DNA of 64,000 nucleotides from an uncultured Clostridia bacterium (GTDB taxonomy: Bacteria; Bacillota; Clostridia; Christensenellales; Borkfalkiaceae), in NCBI GenBank assembly GCA_944367045.1, contig CALVWI010000010.1, positions 5,927 to 69,926 on the forward strand, in the 5' to 3' direction. Both the position numbers and the translations under genes were made by a program. Shown here piece by piece: positions 1 to 10,650 of the stretch (position 1 is the first letter of the stretch; every line of letters starts with the position of its first letter). A model generated the notes under the pieces. That model worked only from the letters and a program-made list of their open reading frames with translations, did no database searches and had not been told where the DNA came from.

Positions 1-349
1 CGATAGCGGCGAGGTGCTCCCTGTCGAGGTGGTACTTTTCGGCATTTTCGCGAAGATACACCATCGCCATCGCGGCCTCAAGGAGGGGCGTTGGATAGCG
101 TGTCTGCACGGAATAGTCGAGCACGAACGCACAGTATCCCCGCGCAAGCCATTGGAGCGCGACGGGCTCTCCCTCGCGGGCGGAACGCATCCCGTACCCG
201 CCTCCCGGAATGACGAGCATCCCGGGGCGCAGCTTGGGCTTTATTTCGTCCTTGATGGAGAAGGGAACGTACGTCGTGAGGTACCCCTCTCTCCCCTCCC
301 CTCTCGGGACGTTGAAGTATTCATAGAGATCGATTTTTTCGTAAGTCAT
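1..349 (-). CDS. alpha/beta-hydrolase fold esterase, N-terminal part (gene continues past window start)
   Basis: Own reverse translation from ATG at 347-349: MTYEKIDLYEYFNVPRGEG...MLVIPGGGYGMRSAREGEPVALQWLARGYCAFVLDYS. The PGGGY oxyanion-type motif is typical of esterase/lipase proteins. Absent from the ORF track because it is truncated. Confidence 0.65.
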   Translation of the reverse strand, partial: MTYEKIDLYEYFNVPRGEGREGYLTTYVPFSIKDEIKPKLRPGMLVIPGGGYGMRSAREGEPVALQWLARGYCAFVLDYSVQTRYPTPLLEAAMAMVYLRENAEKYHLDREHLAAI

Positions 350-350
350 T

Positions 351-2288
351 TTATTTTTCAAGCACGAGTACGCGGTGCGGGGCGATGTTGACGGTGCCGC
401 TCATCTTCTCTCCCGTGAGAAGGTCAGTGTATTCACCGTTCAAAGTGAGCGTTCCCTCTCTGTTCTCCGTCTCAAGCGCGATGAGGCCGCATTTCTCGCC
501 CGTTCTCTCGACGAGGACGACGTTCTCCGTTGCGGGAGCGATGGGAGCGACGCCTGCGAGTTTGCGGAGCGCTTCTTTCGAGAGCACGCTTCCGACGAGG
601 AGGACCTTGCCTTTGCCGACCTTTCTCTCGGTGACGACGGAGAGACCGCCGAATTCGCCGCCGTCGTATTTTGCGAGCGAAGTGCAGTCGCGGCACTCGA
701 ACGCATCGTAGCACACGGAGACGGGACAGGCGGTGCCGTCCGCATACTTCGCCTTAAAGACGTTGTTCGCAACGGGCTTTTGGTACTTGACATACACACC
801 CGCGAGCTCCTCGACGAAGGAGTACGGCGCGTTGACGTACTTCGCGGTATTCTCGTTGACGATGTCGCTCATCGGGCCGACGATCCAAGTGCCGCCTGCC
901 TTCACCCAGTCGATGATGCGCTCCTTGAGGCCGTTCTCATCCACCGTCGCGAGGAAGGGCGAGAGAATGACGTCATATCCCTCGAGGGAGTGCTGCGTGT
1001 CGATGACGTCGATGTTGGTGTCGCGGAAGGCGGCGTGGTACTGCTGCACGAGGGTGCGGCGATAGTCGAAGCCCTCGAGCATGGGCGCGGAAATGAAGTG
1101 GTTGACCGCCGTCGAGGAGTAGTGCATGGCGATCTTGGAGACCACCTTGCTATTTGCGAGGAACTCTCTGCACTTCTCGAAGTCGTCCGCGGCGTGCTTG
1201 ACTTCCTCGGTGACGCGGTATGCTCTCCCCGGGGTGGAATACAGAGACCCGTGGGCGAGTTCGTGTCCCGCGGGGTGTGCGCGGAACAGCCAGTACTCGT
1301 TCATCTCGCCGCCGAGCGCGATGGGCATCCATGTGTTGACATAGCAGTTGCCCTCGGGACGGTACCCGTAGAAGGCCACATTGCCGCCGTTCCAGCCGAC
1401 CTGCGTCTCCGTCACCCAGAAGGGACGGGGCAGAATGCAGCGCAAAAAGTCGTAGCCGAACTTGGTCTCGGGCAGCTTTTCGGCGGGCTCGTAGTGGTTA
1501 TACTGAATAACGTCGAGCTCCTTGTTTGTCTCGTAATAGCTCAAAAGGTTGGTGACCATCATATCCGTTCCGACGGGCGCTTTCGTGTATCGATGCAGGA
1601 CGTCTGCCTGTTCTTCGACGTAGGAGACGATCTGTCTGCACTGGAAGCGCCGCCACTCGGTCGCGAGCGAAGGGTGCTGCCACTGGCCGGCGCGGGGCGG
1701 GTCTACCTCGTCGAAGTCGTCATAGTTGAGCGACCAGCGGTACATCCCCCATGCCTCGTTGAGCTTCTTGGGCGTGCCGTACTTCTCCTTGAGATAGTCG
1801 CGGAAGGCGTTCCTGCAGAGCGGGCAATAGCAGCCCTCGCCGTACGGGAAGATCTCGTTGTCGATCTGCCAGCCGATGACCCCGGGGTGCGAGCCGAACT
1901 CCCTTCCCAGCTGCTCGGTGATGATGCGGTTCTTCTCGCGCATCTTCGGGGAAGTCTTGCAGGGGTGGCAGCGCGAGGAGATCTCGGCGCGGCGGTCGTT
2001 GCTGTCCACCGAAATGGTCTCGGGGTACTTCTTAAAGAGCCAGCGGGGCGGTGTGCACGAGGGCGTGCAGAGGATGCTGTCGATGCCCGCCGCATAGAGC
2101 TTGTCGACGACTTCGTGCAGCCACGAGAAGTCGAACTCCCCCTCCTTCGGCTCCATGGCGCTCCACGCGAATTCGCCCATTCTCACGCAGTTGACGCCCG
2201 CCGCCTTCATGCGTTCGATGTCCTTGTCCACCTCGCTGAGGGGCCACAGTTCGGGATAGTACGCGGCTCCCACATAAACTTTCTCCAT
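351..2288 (-). CDS. GH42-family beta-galactosidase
   Basis: ORF 351..2348. N-terminus MEKVYVGAAYYPELWP...CVRMGEFAWSAMEPKEGEFDFSWL and WQIDNE are GH42 hallmarks. Start moved to ATG 2288, which is preceded by AAGGAG-N6. Confidence 0.85.
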   Translation of the reverse strand: MEKVYVGAAYYPELWPLSEVDKDIERMKAAGVNCVRMGEFAWSAMEPKEGEFDFSWLHEVVDKLYAAGIDSILCTPSCTPPRWLFKKYPETISVDSNDRRAEISSRCHPCKTSPKMREKNRIITEQLGREFGSHPGVIGWQIDNEIFPYGEGCYCPLCRNAFRDYLKEKYGTPKKLNEAWGMYRWSLNYDDFDEVDPPRAGQWQHPSLATEWRRFQCRQIVSYVEEQADVLHRYTKAPVGTDMMVTNLLSYYETNKELDVIQYNHYEPAEKLPETKFGYDFLRCILPRPFWVTETQVGWNGGNVAFYGYRPEGNCYVNTWMPIALGGEMNEYWLFRAHPAGHELAHGSLYSTPGRAYRVTEEVKHAADDFEKCREFLANSKVVSKIAMHYSSTAVNHFISAPMLEGFDYRRTLVQQYHAAFRDTNIDVIDTQHSLEGYDVILSPFLATVDENGLKERIIDWVKAGGTWIVGPMSDIVNENTAKYVNAPYSFVEELAGVYVKYQKPVANNVFKAKYADGTACPVSVCYDAFECRDCTSLAKYDGGEFGGLSVVTERKVGKGKVLLVGSVLSKEALRKLAGVAPIAPATENVVLVERTGEKCGLIALETENREGTLTLNGEYTDLLTGEKMSGTVNIAPHRVLVLEK

Positions 2289-2360
2289 AAGATACTCCTT
2301 AAACGATATTACTTGCGCCATTATAACATTCTCCCCGCTCTCTGTCAAGACGGGGCAGGG

Positions 2361-2387
2361 AAAAAGGCTCCCGTTTTGGGAGCCTTT
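2361..2387 (-). terminator. intrinsic terminator after asnS (hairpin usable on both strands)
   Basis: AAGGCTCCC-gtttt-GGGAGCCTT stem at 2364-2386. The A-run on + gives a T-run on the minus strand. Confidence 0.65.
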
Positions 2388-2390
2388 CGC

Positions 2391-3764
2391 TTACATGATG
2401 TTGTTGACCGTTCTCGGGAAGAGCACCACGTCGCGGATGTTCTCCATGCCCGTCACATACATGACAAAGCGGTCGAACCCGAGGCCGAAGCCGCTGTGCG
2501 GCACGCTGCCGAAGATGCGCAGGTCGAGGTACTGCTTGTAGGCGGAGATGTCCATGTTGCGCGCCTTCATTGCGGCAAGCAGCTTGTCGTAGTCCGCCTC
2601 TCTTTCGCTGCAGCCGATGATCTCGCCGATGCCGGGCACAAGCAAGTCGGTCGCCGCGACCGTCTTTCCGTCGGGGTTCTGCTTCATATAGAAGGACTTG
2701 ATCTCCTTCGGGTAGTTGGTGACGAACACGGGGCGCTTGAACACCACCTCGGTGAGGTACTTCTCGTGCTCGGTCTGAAGATCGCATCCCCAGTCGACGG
2801 GGTACTGGAACTTGACGTCCGCCTTCTGAAAGATGGAGATGGCGTCGGTGTAGTCGCAGATGGCGAAATCGCTCGTGGCGACGTGTTCGAGCTTGGCTTT
2901 AAGGCCCTTCTCGACGAAGCTGTCGAAGAAGTTGATCTCATCGGGGCACTCCTCAAGGACGGCACGGATGAGGTACTTGATCATGTCCTCGGCGATCTCG
3001 ATGATGTCGGGAAGCTCTGCAAACGCGACTTCGGGCTCGATGTGCCAGAACTCGGCGAGGTGCCTCGTCGTGTTGGAGTTCTCCGCGCGGAAGGAGGGTC
3101 CGAAGGTGTAGATCTTGCTGAACGCCATCGCGGCGACTTCGCCCTCGAGCTGGCCCGAGACGGACAGCCCCGCCTTGACGCCGAAGAAGTCGTTCTTGTA
3201 GTACTCCGCCTCGCTCTCATACTTGGCGTTGTAGGGCTGCGTCGTGACGCGGAACATCTCGCCCGCGCCCTCGCAGTCGCTCGCCGTGATGAGCGGCGTC
3301 TGAATGTAGTAGTAGCGGTGCTCGTGGAAGTAGCGGTGAACGGCCTGCGCCGCGACCGAACGCACACGGAACACGGCGTTGAAGGTGTTGGTGCGCAGTC
3401 TCAGGTGCGGGATGCCGCGCAAGAATTCCAGCGTCGTGCGCTTCTTCTGAATGGGATAGTCGGGCGGGCACTTGCCGAGGAGCGTGACTTCCTTGGCATT
3501 CAGCTCATGCCCGTCTCCCTTGAAGGCCTTGACGACTTCGCCCGTGACTTTGACGGACGCGCCCAGCTTGGTGCACTCCGCGTCCACATCGAGCGCTTTT
3601 TTGTCGATGACGACCTGCAGGCGCGGGAAGCTCGTGCCGTCGGCAAGCTCCAAAAAGCAGACGGCTGAGGAATCGCGGAAGGTACGCACCCAGCCGCAGA
3701 CGGTCACTTCCTGCCCCAAGAGTTCGGGCTTCTTTAATACGTCGAAGATATCGGTATGTTTCAT
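2391..3764 (-). CDS. asnS: asparaginyl-tRNA synthetase
   Basis: 457 aa. OB-fold N-terminus, class IIb motifs, C-terminus GFGLGFDRFVMYVTGMENIRDVVLFPR. Confidence 0.95.
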   Translation of the reverse strand: MKHTDIFDVLKKPELLGQEVTVCGWVRTFRDSSAVCFLELADGTSFPRLQVVIDKKALDVDAECTKLGASVKVTGEVVKAFKGDGHELNAKEVTLLGKCPPDYPIQKKRTTLEFLRGIPHLRLRTNTFNAVFRVRSVAAQAVHRYFHEHRYYYIQTPLITASDCEGAGEMFRVTTQPYNAKYESEAEYYKNDFFGVKAGLSVSGQLEGEVAAMAFSKIYTFGPSFRAENSNTTRHLAEFWHIEPEVAFAELPDIIEIAEDMIKYLIRAVLEECPDEINFFDSFVEKGLKAKLEHVATSDFAICDYTDAISIFQKADVKFQYPVDWGCDLQTEHEKYLTEVVFKRPVFVTNYPKEIKSFYMKQNPDGKTVAATDLLVPGIGEIIGCSEREADYDKLLAAMKARNMDISAYKQYLDLRIFGSVPHSGFGLGFDRFVMYVTGMENIRDVVLFPRTVNNIM

Positions 3765-3784
3765 ATGCTCTCTCCTGTCCTATC

Positions 3785-5215
3785 TTAATAGGCGCGCGCA
3801 AAGATGATGGTGTGCGCGGACTTCTTCCCGCAGGCAACGCAGGTCTCCGCCGTGTCCTCTTTTGCGTAGACGCGCGCGGTCGCCTGTGCGAATTCCTTGA
3901 CCTTGTCCTCGCACGCGCGGCAGCCGCACCAGCCGGCGCGGACGAAGTTGCCCTTATTCACCCCGTCGAGGAGCTCGTCGAGCGTCTCTGCATCCACGAT
4001 GCGGCTCTCCATGCGTTCCTTGGCGGTGTTGTACATATTCTCGGCGATGTCGGAAAGCAGCGACTTCACGCCCTCCTCGGCATTGTCGAGGGGAAGTTCG
4101 CTCTTTTCGAGGGTATCTCTTCTCGAGACGGTCATCTTGCCCGCTTCGAGGTCACGCGGCCCGAGCTCGATGCGCACGGGAACGCCCTTCATCTCCCACT
4201 CGTTGAACTTCCAGCCGGGGGAGTTGTCGGAGTCGTCGAGTTTCACGCGGATGCCCGCAGCCTTGAGGCGCGTTTCAAGTTCATGGCATGCCTCGAGGAC
4301 GCCCTCTTTCTTGGCGGCAATGGGCACGATGACGGCCTGAATGGGTGCGACGACGGGCGGCATCACGAGGCCGCGCTGGTCGCCGTGCGTCATGATGAGC
4401 GCGCCGATGAGGCGGGTGGAGACGCCCCAGCTCGTCGTATAGGCGTACTTCTGTACGCCGTCCTTGTCGAGGAACTTGATGTCGAACGCCTTGGAGAAGT
4501 TCTGCCCGAGGTAGTGCGACGTGCCCGCCTGCAGGCTCTTGCCGTCGTGCATCATGGCCTCCATGCCGAAGGTCGCGACGGCGCCCGCAAACTTCTCCTT
4601 CTCCGTCTTTCTGCCCGTGAGGACGGGCATGGAGAGGCAGGTCTTTGCGAACTCTTCATAGACGCCGAGCATCTTCATCGTCTCCTCCATTGCCTCCTCC
4701 TCGGTGGCGTGGACGGTGTGCCCCTCCTGCCAGAGGAATTCGCTCGTGCGGAGGAAGGGACGGGTGGTCTTCTCCCAGCGCATGACGTTTGCCCACTGGT
4801 TCATGAGGACGGGAAGGTCGCGGTAGGACTGGATCCACTTGCCGTACATCGTGCCGATGATGGTCTCGGAAGTCGGGCGGATGCACAGGGGCTCCTGCAG
4901 CTTCTCGCCGCCCGCATGGGTGACGACGGCGACTTCGGGCGCGAAGCCCTCGACGTGTTCCGCCTCCTTCGTCATGAAGGACATGGGAATGAGCAGCGGA
5001 AAATAGGCGTTCTCGTGCCCCGTCTCCTTAAAGCGCCTGTCGAGCTCCTTCTGGATGTTCTCCCATACGGCATACCCGTAGGGACGAATGACCATCGTGC
5101 CCTTGACGGGGCCGTAGTCGACGAGCTTGGTCTTTAAGACGACGTCCGAATACCACTGGGGAAAGTCCGACTCGATGTCGGCGATCTGCGATACGAATTG
5201 CTGTTCCTTTGCCAT
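3785..5215 (-). CDS. proS: prolyl-tRNA synthetase (short archaeal/eukaryote-like type without INS domain)
   Basis: 476 aa. FPQWYSDVVLKTKLVDYGPVKGTMVIRPYGYAVWE..., AGGAG RBS. 20-nt gap to asnS suggests co-transcription. Confidence 0.93.
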   Translation of the reverse strand: MAKEQQFVSQIADIESDFPQWYSDVVLKTKLVDYGPVKGTMVIRPYGYAVWENIQKELDRRFKETGHENAYFPLLIPMSFMTKEAEHVEGFAPEVAVVTHAGGEKLQEPLCIRPTSETIIGTMYGKWIQSYRDLPVLMNQWANVMRWEKTTRPFLRTSEFLWQEGHTVHATEEEAMEETMKMLGVYEEFAKTCLSMPVLTGRKTEKEKFAGAVATFGMEAMMHDGKSLQAGTSHYLGQNFSKAFDIKFLDKDGVQKYAYTTSWGVSTRLIGALIMTHGDQRGLVMPPVVAPIQAVIVPIAAKKEGVLEACHELETRLKAAGIRVKLDDSDNSPGWKFNEWEMKGVPVRIELGPRDLEAGKMTVSRRDTLEKSELPLDNAEEGVKSLLSDIAENMYNTAKERMESRIVDAETLDELLDGVNKGNFVRAGWCGCRACEDKVKEFAQATARVYAKEDTAETCVACGKKSAHTIIFARAY

Positions 5216-5306
5216 AGATTGCTCCTGAAATATGCTGTGAGGCCGAAAACAAGGTCAAAGGACATGGCATCTGCCATATCCTTCCCTTGCGGCTGTTTGT
5301 TTCTGA

Positions 5307-6203
5307 TCAAAACTCGTTGCGTTCGCTCTTGGAGAGATACCCGAGCGCGAAGGCGTTGGGGCCGACGTGCGAGCCGATGACGGGTCCCATGATGGAGACG
5401 AAGGGCTCGATGCCCAGCTTTTCACGCACATACGCCGCAAGTTCGTCCGCACAGGGCTGATTGTCCGTATGTACGATGAATACATAGTTGTAGTCGGGGT
5501 CGGGGCCCTCCTTGTCGAGCTTCGCCTTGATGTACGAGATCGCCTTCTTGGTGCCGCGTACCTTGTCGAGAACGAAGAGCTTGCCTTCGTTGTCGAACGA
5601 GATGATGGGCTTGATGGAGAGCACCCCTCCCACCGCCGCCGAGATGGCCGAGAGCCTGCCGCCGCGCTTCAAGTAGTTGAGGTCGTCCGCCACGATGAAG
5701 TGCTGGATGTGCGTCCGAAGCGAGTTGACGTGGTCATAGGCCTCCTTCGCGGTCTTGCCCTCGTTGCGGTCCTTCAACGCGATGCGCACGAGCGCGCCTT
5801 GGCCCACCGTCGCGGTGAGCGGGTCGACGACATACACCTCGAATTTCGGGAAGTCCTTCTTGACGTCGGCGGCGGCCTTTGCAGCGACCGTCTTGGTCGG
5901 AGAGAGCCCGCTCGAGATGGTGAAGTGCACGACGTCCTCCGCACCCTCCTGAGCAAGTTTCAAAAAGTGCGTGTAGTGCGACTCGTAGTTGAGCATGGAC
6001 GTGCGCGAGAGTGCCCCCGCCCGAAGTTCATTATAGAAGTCGACATACTGTTGGTATTCCGTGAAGTTATCGAGGTGGTCCTCCATCTTGCCGTCCTTTT
6101 CCACCGTGTAGGTGAGAGAGACGAACTTGATGTCGTTCTCCACGATAAAGTCGTGGTAGAGGTCACAGGTCGAGTCGGTCGACAGTGTGAATTTTTGATC
6201 CAT
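5307..6203 (-). CDS. DegV-family fatty-acid-binding protein
   Basis: 298 aa. FTLSTDSTCDL...FVSLTY... typical DegV N-terminus. GGAGAA RBS. Confidence 0.88.
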   Translation of the reverse strand: MDQKFTLSTDSTCDLYHDFIVENDIKFVSLTYTVEKDGKMEDHLDNFTEYQQYVDFYNELRAGALSRTSMLNYESHYTHFLKLAQEGAEDVVHFTISSGLSPTKTVAAKAAADVKKDFPKFEVYVVDPLTATVGQGALVRIALKDRNEGKTAKEAYDHVNSLRTHIQHFIVADDLNYLKRGGRLSAISAAVGGVLSIKPIISFDNEGKLFVLDKVRGTKKAISYIKAKLDKEGPDPDYNYVFIVHTDNQPCADELAAYVREKLGIEPFVSIMGPVIGSHVGPNAFALGYLSKSERNEF

Positions 6204-6280
6204 ACGTTCTCCATTCTCCTAAAGAGGCGGCCTCCCCGTCGCGGATAAAAAACGCAACAGCTGCCTCGGTCGTTAGGTCG

Positions 6281-6309
6281 ATTATACCATACTTCGTGGA
6301 AAGAGGCAA
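6281..6309 (-). promoter_or_regulatory. sigma-A type promoter for degV-proS-asnS
   Basis: Minus strand TTGCCT-N17-(TGG)TATAAT (extended -10), about 75 nt upstream of the degV ATG. Confidence 0.55.
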
Positions 6310-6360
6310 GAAAATTTGGAAAAATTGTGACAAGGCGGGCGATTTTTTTGCAAAAAGGTC

Positions 6361-6389
6361 TTGAAAAGTCGAGCTCTTCAAGGTATAAT
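6361..6389 (+). promoter_or_regulatory. sigma-A type promoter for the phosphohexomutase/tkt genes
   Basis: TTGAAA-N17-TATAAT, 50 nt upstream of ATG 6440. Confidence 0.55.
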
Positions 6390-6439
6390 AACTCTAAGTG
6401 ACGCGCACTTTGAAAATCGCGCGTAAAAGAAGGGGGACT

Positions 6440-7951
6440 ATGACAAGAGAACAACTGTTTCTACTCAAGAACGGGACAGATGTCCGCGGCACCGCCATTG
6501 CGGGCGTCAAGGACGATCCCGTCACGCTGACCGACGAAGCCATCACGCTGATCGCAAAGGCGTTCTACGTCTGGGCGGCGGGCAAGACGGGAAAGCAAAA
6601 CCCCGTCATCGCCGTGGGGCATGATTCGCGCCTCTCGGCGGGGCACATCTCCGCGCTCGTCGCGGATGCCGTCAACGCATCGGGCGGCGACGTCATCTTA
6701 ACGGGCCTCTCCTCGACGCCTTCCATGTTCATGCTGCTGCAGGACGGGTTCGGCGCGGATGCGTCCGTCATGATCACGGCGAGCCACCTGCCCTATCAGA
6801 AGAACGGCCTCAAGTTCTTCGTGAAGGAGGGCGGACTGGAGAGCTCCGACCTTTCCGAAGTGCTTGAGATCGCGGCGAAGGGAGAATTTCCGGCGGGCAG
6901 CGGCAAGCGGGAGGAGAAAAGCTATCTTCCCAAGTATGCAAGCGACCTCGTGGAGAAGGTGCGTGCGGCAACAGGGACGGACAAGCCCCTCGCGGGCAAG
7001 CGCATCCTCGTGGACGCGGGCAACGGCGCGGGCGGTTTCTATGCCGACCTCGTCTTAAAGCCCTTGGGGGCGGATACGACGGGCTCTCAGTTTTTGGAAC
7101 CAGACGGGCGTTTCCCCAACCACATTCCCAATCCCGAGAATGAGACGGCCATGCAGTCCGTGTGCGACGCCGTCAAGAAGAACCACGCCGACTTCGGCAT
7201 CATCTTCGATACCGATGTCGACCGTGCGGGCGCCGTCTCTTCGGACGGCGAGGAGATCAACCGCAACCGCCTCATCGCGCTCATCTCGGCAATCTTACTT
7301 GAAGAGCATCCCGGTTCCTATATCGTCACCGATTCGGTGACGAGCGACGGGCTCGCGTCCTTCATCGCGGCGCATGGCGGCGTCCATCACCGCTTCAAGC
7401 GCGGCTATAAGAACGTCATCAACGAGAGCAAGCGCCTCAACGCGGAGGGCAAGTACTCCCCTCTCGCCATCGAGACGAGCGGTCACGCCGCCCTCAAAGA
7501 GAACTACTTCCTCGACGACGGCGCGTACCTCGTCACCCGCCTTCTCATCGCCCTTGCCAAGTGTGCAAAGGAAGGAAAGGACCTCATGGCGCTCATTGCC
7601 GACCTTCCCGAACCCAAGGAGGCGGCGGAGATCAGGCTGAAATTCGTGCCGGGCTGCGACTTCAAGTCGCTCGGCGCAGGGCTTCTGAAGGACCTCGAGG
7701 CGTACGTCGAAAAGACGCCCTACCTTACGCCCGCGCCCAATAACTATGAAGGCGTGCGCATCAACTTCGACAAGGACCACGGCGACGGCTGGGCGCTCGT
7801 CCGCATGAGCCTGCACGAACCCATCCTCCCCATCAACGTGGAGAGCAACTCGGAAGGTGGTAACGTCGTCATTGCAAAGGAGCTGTATGCGTTCCTTTCG
7901 GGTTACGAGAGCTTCCTTGACACCCAAAACCTCAAAAATTATATCAAATAA
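6440..7951 (+). CDS. alpha-D-phosphohexomutase (phosphoglucomutase/phosphomannomutase family)
   Basis: ORF 6398..7951. Active-site loop ITASHLPYQKNGLKFF and metal loop FDTDVDR. Start set at ATG 6440 after GGGGGA. Confidence 0.85.
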   Translation: MTREQLFLLKNGTDVRGTAIAGVKDDPVTLTDEAITLIAKAFYVWAAGKTGKQNPVIAVGHDSRLSAGHISALVADAVNASGGDVILTGLSSTPSMFMLLQDGFGADASVMITASHLPYQKNGLKFFVKEGGLESSDLSEVLEIAAKGEFPAGSGKREEKSYLPKYASDLVEKVRAATGTDKPLAGKRILVDAGNGAGGFYADLVLKPLGADTTGSQFLEPDGRFPNHIPNPENETAMQSVCDAVKKNHADFGIIFDTDVDRAGAVSSDGEEINRNRLIALISAILLEEHPGSYIVTDSVTSDGLASFIAAHGGVHHRFKRGYKNVINESKRLNAEGKYSPLAIETSGHAALKENYFLDDGAYLVTRLLIALAKCAKEGKDLMALIADLPEPKEAAEIRLKFVPGCDFKSLGAGLLKDLEAYVEKTPYLTPAPNNYEGVRINFDKDHGDGWALVRMSLHEPILPINVESNSEGGNVVIAKELYAFLSGYESFLDTQNLKNYIK

Positions 7952-7963
7952 AGGAGTAACATT

Positions 7964-9955
7964 ATGGATCAGCTTACCATCAACGCCATCCGCATCCTGT
8001 CCGCGGAGGCCATTCAAAAGGCAAATTCGGGCCACCCCGGGCTCCCTCTCGGCTCCGCCCCCATCGCCTATACGCTCTATCAGTATTTCCTCAAGTTCAA
8101 CAACAAGGACCCCAAGTGGGACGATCGTGACCGCTTCGTTCTCTCCGCGGGCCACGGCTCCATGCTCGACTATTCCCTCCTCTATCTCTACGGGTTCGGG
8201 CTCACCAAGGAAGACATCATGAACTTCCGTCAGCTCGGCTCCAAGACGCCCGGCCATCCCGAGTACGGCCACACCGTCGGCATCGAGACGACCACGGGCC
8301 CGCTCGGCCAAGGCATCGCAAACGCAGTCGGCATGGCAGTTGCAGAGGCACACCTTGCGGCCGTGTTCAATCGCGAGGGCTTCCCCGTCGTCGACCACTA
8401 CACCTATGCGCTCTGCGGCGACGGCTGCCTCGAAGAGGGTATCTCCTATGAGGCCTGCTCGTTCGCAGGTACGCACGAGCTCGGCAAGCTCATCCTCTTC
8501 TACGACGACAACGACATCACCATCGAGGGCAACACCGACATCACCTTCAAGGAGGACGTCGGCATGCGCTTTGCAGCGCAGAACTGGCAGGTGCTGCACG
8601 TCGACCTCGTCGCCCATCCCGATGACGTCGCGCTCATCTCCAAGGCCATCGAAGAGGCAAAGGCAGAGAAGAGCAAGCCTTCCATCATCATCTGCAAGAC
8701 CAAGATCGGCTACGGCACGCCCCTCGAAGGCAGCCACAAGTGCCACGGCTCCCCTCTCGGCGTCGAGAACCTTCAAAAGACGAAGGAGAAGCTCGGCTGG
8801 CCCTGCGCGGAGGCCTTCGACGTTCCCGCAGAAGTGTTCGCTCACACCGCTGAAGCAGGTGCGCGCGGCGCAGAGAAGGAAGAGGCATGGAAGGCGATGT
8901 TCGCCGAGTACGAGAAGGCATATCCCGAACTTGCCAAGGCGTACAAGGCAGCGATGAGTGGCGAGATGGTCGATCTCACCAAGGTCGAGGACCTCTTTAA
9001 GTGGGAGAAGCCGATGGCGACCCGTCAGACCTCGTCCGTCGTCCTCAACAAGATCGCGGCGCTCGTTCCCGAACTCATGGGCGGATCTGCTGACCTCGCT
9101 CCCTCCAACCTCTCCGACATGAAGAACACCGACACCATCACCTACGGCGACTTCGCGCCCGGTCACTACGAGGGCAGAAATATGCACTTCGGTATCCGTG
9201 AGCACGCCATGGCGGCCATCACCAACGGCATGCAGCTGCACGGCGGCCTCAGGTGCTATTGCGCGACCTTCTTCATCTTCTCCGACTACTGCAAGCACGC
9301 CATCCGCCTCTCGGCGCTCATGAACATCCCCGTCATCTACATCCTGACGCACGACTCCATCGGCGTCGGTGAGGACGGTCCTACCCATGAGCCCGTCGAG
9401 CAGCTCATCGCGCTTCGCTCCATCCCCAACATGAAGGTCTACCGTCCCGCAGACGGCAAGGAGACCGCGGCGGCTTGGATCTCCGCGCTCACGGGCACCG
9501 CACCCACTGCGCTCGTCCTCACCCGTCAGAATCTTCCTCAGTATGAAGGGAGCGGGCTTAAGGCGCTCAAGGGCGCTTACGTCCTCGAGGACTGCGACGG
9601 TACCCCCGACGTGCTGCTGCTTGCGACGGGTTCGGAAGTCGAGCTCTGCGTCAAGGCGAAGGCAGAACTTGCGGCCGAGGGCATCAAGGCGCGCGTCGTC
9701 TCCATGCCTTGCTTCGAGGAGTTCGAGAAGCAGTCCGACGAGTACAAGGAGAGCGTCATTCCCTCCGCCGTCAAGGCGCGCGTGTGCGTCGAGGCCGGTT
9801 CGCCTTACAGCTGGTATAAGTACGCGGGCGACAACGGCGAGATCATCGCGATGAACACCTTCGGTGCGAGCGGTCCCGCACCCCTTCTCTTCAAGAAGTT
9901 CGGCTTCACCGTGGAGAACGTCGTCGAAAAGGCTAAGAAGAGCCTTGCAAAATAA
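7964..9955 (+). CDS. tkt: transketolase
   Basis: 663 aa. [37 protein letters not shown], full length. Confidence 0.95.
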   Translation: MDQLTINAIRILSAEAIQKANSGHPGLPLGSAPIAYTLYQYFLKFNNKDPKWDDRDRFVLSAGHGSMLDYSLLYLYGFGLTKEDIMNFRQLGSKTPGHPEYGHTVGIETTTGPLGQGIANAVGMAVAEAHLAAVFNREGFPVVDHYTYALCGDGCLEEGISYEACSFAGTHELGKLILFYDDNDITIEGNTDITFKEDVGMRFAAQNWQVLHVDLVAHPDDVALISKAIEEAKAEKSKPSIIICKTKIGYGTPLEGSHKCHGSPLGVENLQKTKEKLGWPCAEAFDVPAEVFAHTAEAGARGAEKEEAWKAMFAEYEKAYPELAKAYKAAMSGEMVDLTKVEDLFKWEKPMATRQTSSVVLNKIAALVPELMGGSADLAPSNLSDMKNTDTITYGDFAPGHYEGRNMHFGIREHAMAAITNGMQLHGGLRCYCATFFIFSDYCKHAIRLSALMNIPVIYILTHDSIGVGEDGPTHEPVEQLIALRSIPNMKVYRPADGKETAAAWISALTGTAPTALVLTRQNLPQYEGSGLKALKGAYVLEDCDGTPDVLLLATGSEVELCVKAKAELAAEGIKARVVSMPCFEEFEKQSDEYKESVIPSAVKARVCVEAGSPYSWYKYAGDNGEIIAMNTFGASGPAPLLFKKFGFTVENVVEKAKKSLAK

Positions 9956-10010
9956 CAAGCGTGAAGGGCGCGGTCGTTTTGGCCGCGCCTTTTTCATATA
10001 GGAGGAACAT

Positions 10011-10556
10011 ATGGATATCAAAGACATCGAAAAACTCTATCTGCACCGCCAAAGCTGCCGCTCGTTCGATTGCGAAAAGCCCGTCTCGGACGAACTTTTG
10101 AAAGAAGTGTGCCGCCTCGCGCTGCTTGCGCCCTCTGCGTGCAACAGTCAGCCGTGGAAGCTGCTCGCCGTCACGGGTGAGAGGGCCAAGGAACTCGCCG
10201 CGGGCGTGCAGGATCTCGGCATGAACAAATTTGCCTCCGATGCGCCCGCCTTCATCGTCGTTTTGGAGGGCGCGGGCAATCTCTCGGCGACCGTCGGCAG
10301 CCGATTCAAGAACACCGACTTTCTGCACAACGACATCGGCATCATGACGGCGCATTTAGTCCTTGCCGCCGATGCGGCGGGCCTTTCGACCTGCATCCTC
10401 GGCTGGCGCAATGAGGATAAGCTCCGCAAGATCCTCCATCTTCCCGAAAAGACGCGCATCCCGCACATCATCGCCATCGGGTATGCCTCGGAGGGCTACG
10501 AGATCCACGATAAGAAGCGCAAGCCCATGGAGGAAACGTTCGCGCTCATCAAGTAA
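10011..10556 (+). CDS. nitroreductase-family oxidoreductase
   Basis: 181 aa. RQSCRSF...APSACNSQPWK motif. AGGAGG RBS. Confidence 0.8.
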   Translation: MDIKDIEKLYLHRQSCRSFDCEKPVSDELLKEVCRLALLAPSACNSQPWKLLAVTGERAKELAAGVQDLGMNKFASDAPAFIVVLEGAGNLSATVGSRFKNTDFLHNDIGIMTAHLVLAADAAGLSTCILGWRNEDKLRKILHLPEKTRIPHIIAIGYASEGYEIHDKKRKPMEETFALIK

Positions 10557-10618
10557 CGCCCCATTCCCTGCGAATTATCCCTTAATGTGGGTGGTTTGAG
10601 CCAAAAATGGCCCTTTAA

Positions 10619-10650
10619 AACGAACTCTACTGTGAGTAGAGTTCGTTTTT
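10619..10650 (+). terminator. intrinsic terminator after the nitroreductase gene
   Basis: CGAACTCTAC-tgtga-GTAGAGTTCG followed by TTTTT. Confidence 0.7.

Noticed and set aside
375-3668. 1097-aa ORF on the plus strand. Similar very long ORFs occur at 7295..10027(-), 30304..32415(+), 32381..34042(+), 34345..35706(+), 3812..5137(+) and 26575..27813(-).
   Set aside because: All lie antisense to genes with clear family signatures (GH42/asnS, tkt, ABC exporters, his genes, proS, serA). Their translations are Arg/Ala/Gly/Asp/Val-rich low-information sequence, typical of stop-poor antisense frames in high-G+C DNA.
5216-6310. Expected T-box leaders for proS/asnS, and for hisZ at 40632-40700.
   Set aside because: The gaps are only 20-90 nt, or the promoter sits ~30-75 nt from the start codon. 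No AGGGTGGTACCGCG-like T-box sequence was found. The GGGTGGTCCGTA at 40930-40941 is simply the 3' arm of a terminator.
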